Below are positions 61,633 through 64,000 of a stretch of DNA of 64,000 nucleotides, piece by piece (the first letter of the stretch is position 1; the number at the start of each line of letters is the position of its first letter). Origin of the DNA: TPA_inf: Saccharomyces (lineage: Eukaryota); NCBI GenBank assembly GCA_000146045.2, contig BK006944.2, positions 544,001 through 608,000 on the forward strand, in the 5' to 3' direction. Under the pieces are notes generated by a model. The model saw nothing but the letters and a program-made list of their open reading frames with translations. It was not told the DNA's origin and made no database searches. The position numbers and the translations under genes were made by a program.

Positions 61633-64000
61633 TTATTGAGTAAAACTGGTGGTGCTTTTGTGCTGCGTTGAAGAAGAAGGCCTCGATCGAAACGGTGAGC
61701 TCTTTGTAGCTTGAGAAGGGGGTCTTCCATCAATGCTATGACGCCTGAAATTGCCCGCTAAATCACTATGAATCATTGCGTCTGAATCGAAGTTACTTAT
61801 CAGTCTCAATGTAGGATGGTCTTCTTTATCCGAATCTGTGTATAATATGTTGCTACTGCTGACCCATTTTTTGTTCATATGCCTCAAGTATCTACTCTTT
61901 CGGCCAAAATGCAATTTCTTGTCTACCATGGCAGGTGTTTCAATGCTGGCAGAATGTGGGATAAGTTCATGGCTTTCCGGGTCATAGGTCTTGGCATCCA
62001 TAGGAAACATTAGCCGGCCCATACTTGTTTTTTTCTGCAGAATTGGCGGTGGGTGTCCATTGATTTTGCTGGATTGCCTCAACATCCTTGATGTGGGAGA
62101 AGCAACTGAAAATGAAAAGGATTTGGCTGGTCGCCTTGAAGTTGAAATAGTATCTGATTTCCTTCTTTGGTGACGCGGATTGAGAGAAGCGGACGTAATG
62201 GAATACCGCGGTCTAAACCCGGAAGGTGACCGCCCATATGTGCTTGCATTCTCACGTAACAATAGCAAAGAGTTTGTCGATTCTGATTCTAATAAGTTGT
62301 CATCTAAAACATTGGAAATATGATTGTCACCCTTGGTTGGAGTCCTAGTTAGCAATGTTGAATTTTCTGGGTTTTTGGACTCATCTGACGTTTGCTCTGG
62401 AGCTTTAATTAATCCAATGACTGAATCAGCAAATTGGAAGGGGGTTTTTAAAGAGGAGGTGACAATCATCCTACCTTTGATATAAGAAATCGCCTTATCC
62501 AGAGCAAATTCCTGGCCACAGTGATTTTGAATAATGGAAACCTTGGGCCACGTAGCTTTTGCACCATTGGTGATTTCCCTTAATAAAAATTCTTTTGTTG
62601 GGTTTGACAACAGCTCCTTTATTCTAAAAAGCATACACATGTCGGGCAAAATAGTGATGTCACCAGAATATTGTTGAGATAATACCGATCTCAGTTTTGT
62701 AAGCGCGTTTTTGGCAATTCCCATCTCACTTCCAATTTCTAGAATATGAATAGCTTCATTGGCCATAAAATTGTATATACTTGATAAGTTTTGCTTTAAT
62801 CTTGCACTAAATTCGTCCTCAATTTCCCCGCCAACACAGGATAGTGATAGTTTCAAAAAGGGAAATACGTGAATATTCACCTGGCATGCGATAATATGGT
62901 CTACATTAAACATTTCAGAAAGACGAGAAATGGGCAAGTCATTGTCCACAGAACCATCGACAAATTTGACCGAACTACTACCAGTCCATGGTTTCCTTTC
63001 TCCCGTTTTTGGATCTTTTTCGTAAAGTGGGCTCGAGGGGAAAATTCCCGGTAGTGAACATGATGCACATACGGCGGACCAAATCAGGACGTTTGGTGCA
63101 GTCAAATTATTCAGCAAGCGCGGTTGTTCAAATAAAGATGCCGGCGAAACGGTTATATTCAAAATTTTACCCGTTCTATTGTAAGCTTCCCTAAATGTCA
63201 AATCTCCCAAAAATTCTATCATTGTATTTACCAGATGCTTGTTATCAAACCACGTACCGTTTTTGAAGAACCTAGATATTTTTATTAACAAATTCTCGCT
63301 TTCACTTTTCTGTTTATCGTCTTTGAAAATGTTGAATTCTTTATCCAAAATATGATTTAGTAAAACCGGAATTTCTTCTTTGTGATGGACAGATAATATG
63401 CTTGCTACAATTGCACCAGCACTGCTACCACTAATCACTCTGGGTAATAAATCCAATTCAAATAGAGTACCAAGGACACCGATGTGGAAAAGACCAAAAG
63501 TTCCACCCCCACTGAGAACTAAAGCGGTACGACCAATATTTCTTCTCGTTTGTTGCAGTATACCCAAAAGGTAACTATCATCAAGATCAGACTCCATTAA
63601 AGATTCTAGCGCTAACCTAGACTCCATCATATACTCGTCAATTAAATATTTGGTGCCTACATGGGAGTGCCTATATAGGTTTACATTCCCCATATTTCCC
63701 AGGTTTCGTACCCAATTCGTCCTAATGATGTACAACAATTGAGCGTAATTCCTATTCAAGCGCTCCTCACGCATTCTAGATGTTAAATCTTTTATTAGCT
63801 TGTAATCATACAAGGGACTTTCCAATTTCTGCTTCCATTCTGTTTTCCCAGTGAGGTCATCCAATCTGGCGCCCGCAGAACACCATTCTTCAAATGACAT
63901 CGCATGTTGCTTTTGTGAACAGACTTTGTCAATAAGAATGTCTCTTTCATAGTTTCCCACAAAAACGTTGTAAAGAAATGATTTGCATTTACTGGCTAAA
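61633..64000 (-). CDS. TGL4: Patatin-domain triacylglycerol lipase, 3' about 789 codons; N-terminus lies beyond window end (YKR089C)
   Basis: Patatin motifs GGGTFGLFHIGV (oxyanion hole), GSSAGA (GxSxG nucleophile) and catalytic Asp in DGSVDNDLP. The frame stays open to position 64000 (...SKCKSFLYNVFVGNYERD). The track's 'M' at 63960 is a GTG. Confidence 0.85.
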   Translation of the reverse strand, partial: LASKCKSFLYNVFVGNYERDILIDKVCSQKQHAMSFEEWCSAGARLDDLTGKTEWKQKLESPLYDYKLIKDLTSRMREERLNRNYAQLLYIIRTNWVRNLGNMGNVNLYRHSHVGTKYLIDEYMMESRLALESLMESDLDDSYLLGILQQTRRNIGRTALVLSGGGTFGLFHIGVLGTLFELDLLPRVISGSSAGAIVASILSVHHKEEIPVLLNHILDKEFNIFKDDKQKSESENLLIKISRFFKNGTWFDNKHLVNTMIEFLGDLTFREAYNRTGKILNITVSPASLFEQPRLLNNLTAPNVLIWSAVCASCSLPGIFPSSPLYEKDPKTGERKPWTGSSSVKFVDGSVDNDLPISRLSEMFNVDHIIACQVNIHVFPFLKLSLSCVGGEIEDEFSARLKQNLSSIYNFMANEAIHILEIGSEMGIAKNALTKLRSVLSQQYSGDITILPDMCMLFRIKELLSNPTKEFLLREITNGAKATWPKVSIIQNHCGQEFALDKAISYIKGRMIVTSSLKTPFQFADSVIGLIKAPEQTSDESKNPENSTLLTRTPTKGDNHISNVLDDNLLESESTNSLLLLRENASTYGRSPSGFRPRYSITSASLNPRHQRRKSDTISTSRRPAKSFSFSVASPTSRMLRQSSKINGHPPPILQKKTSMGRLMFPMDAKTYDPESHELIPHSASIETPAMVDKKLHFGRKSRYLRHMNKKWVSSSNILYTDSDKEDHPTLRLISNFDSDAMIHSDLAGNFRRHSIDGRPPSQATKSSPFRSRPSSSTQHKSTTSFTQ

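Overview
This window is a gene-dense stretch of Saccharomyces cerevisiae nuclear DNA from the right arm of chromosome XI. Every long ORF matches a known yeast protein, and gene order and strand follow YKR054C (DYN1, 5' part) through YKR089C (TGL4, 5'-truncated by the window end). There are 35 protein-coding genes. One is intron-containing (RPS21A). There is one intron-containing tRNA-Lys(UUU). Gene identities and sizes come from my own recognition of the translated ORFs, not from a database search. Several annotated starts lie downstream of the ORF-track start. In every such case the track's first 'M' is a TTG or GTG codon, not ATG, so I used the first real ATG. I see no prokaryotic-style system (no CRISPR array, toxin-antitoxin pair or defence island), no Ty element or LTR, no rDNA and no telomeric repeats. 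This is an ordinary housekeeping region, and I do not think it contains a previously undescribed biological system. The points worth a second look are mostly regulatory or structural:
- a dense cluster of Rgt1-type CGGAAAA sites plus a palindromic GC box upstream of YKR075C;
- PAC and RRPE ribosome-biogenesis motifs in the LAS1, RPF2/NUP133 and TRZ1 promoters;
- Cbf1 and Met31/32-like sites at MET1;
- Yap1 and STRE sites at ECM4;
- a GCCGGC palindrome upstream of CCP1;
- a 711-bp ORF-free gap between KTR2 and TFA2 that may encode an H/ACA snoRNA (snR42 from memory, unverified);
- an open, mitochondrial-presequence-like frame with no AUG upstream of the TRZ1 start;
- coding trinucleotide repeats in SIS2 and CCP1.
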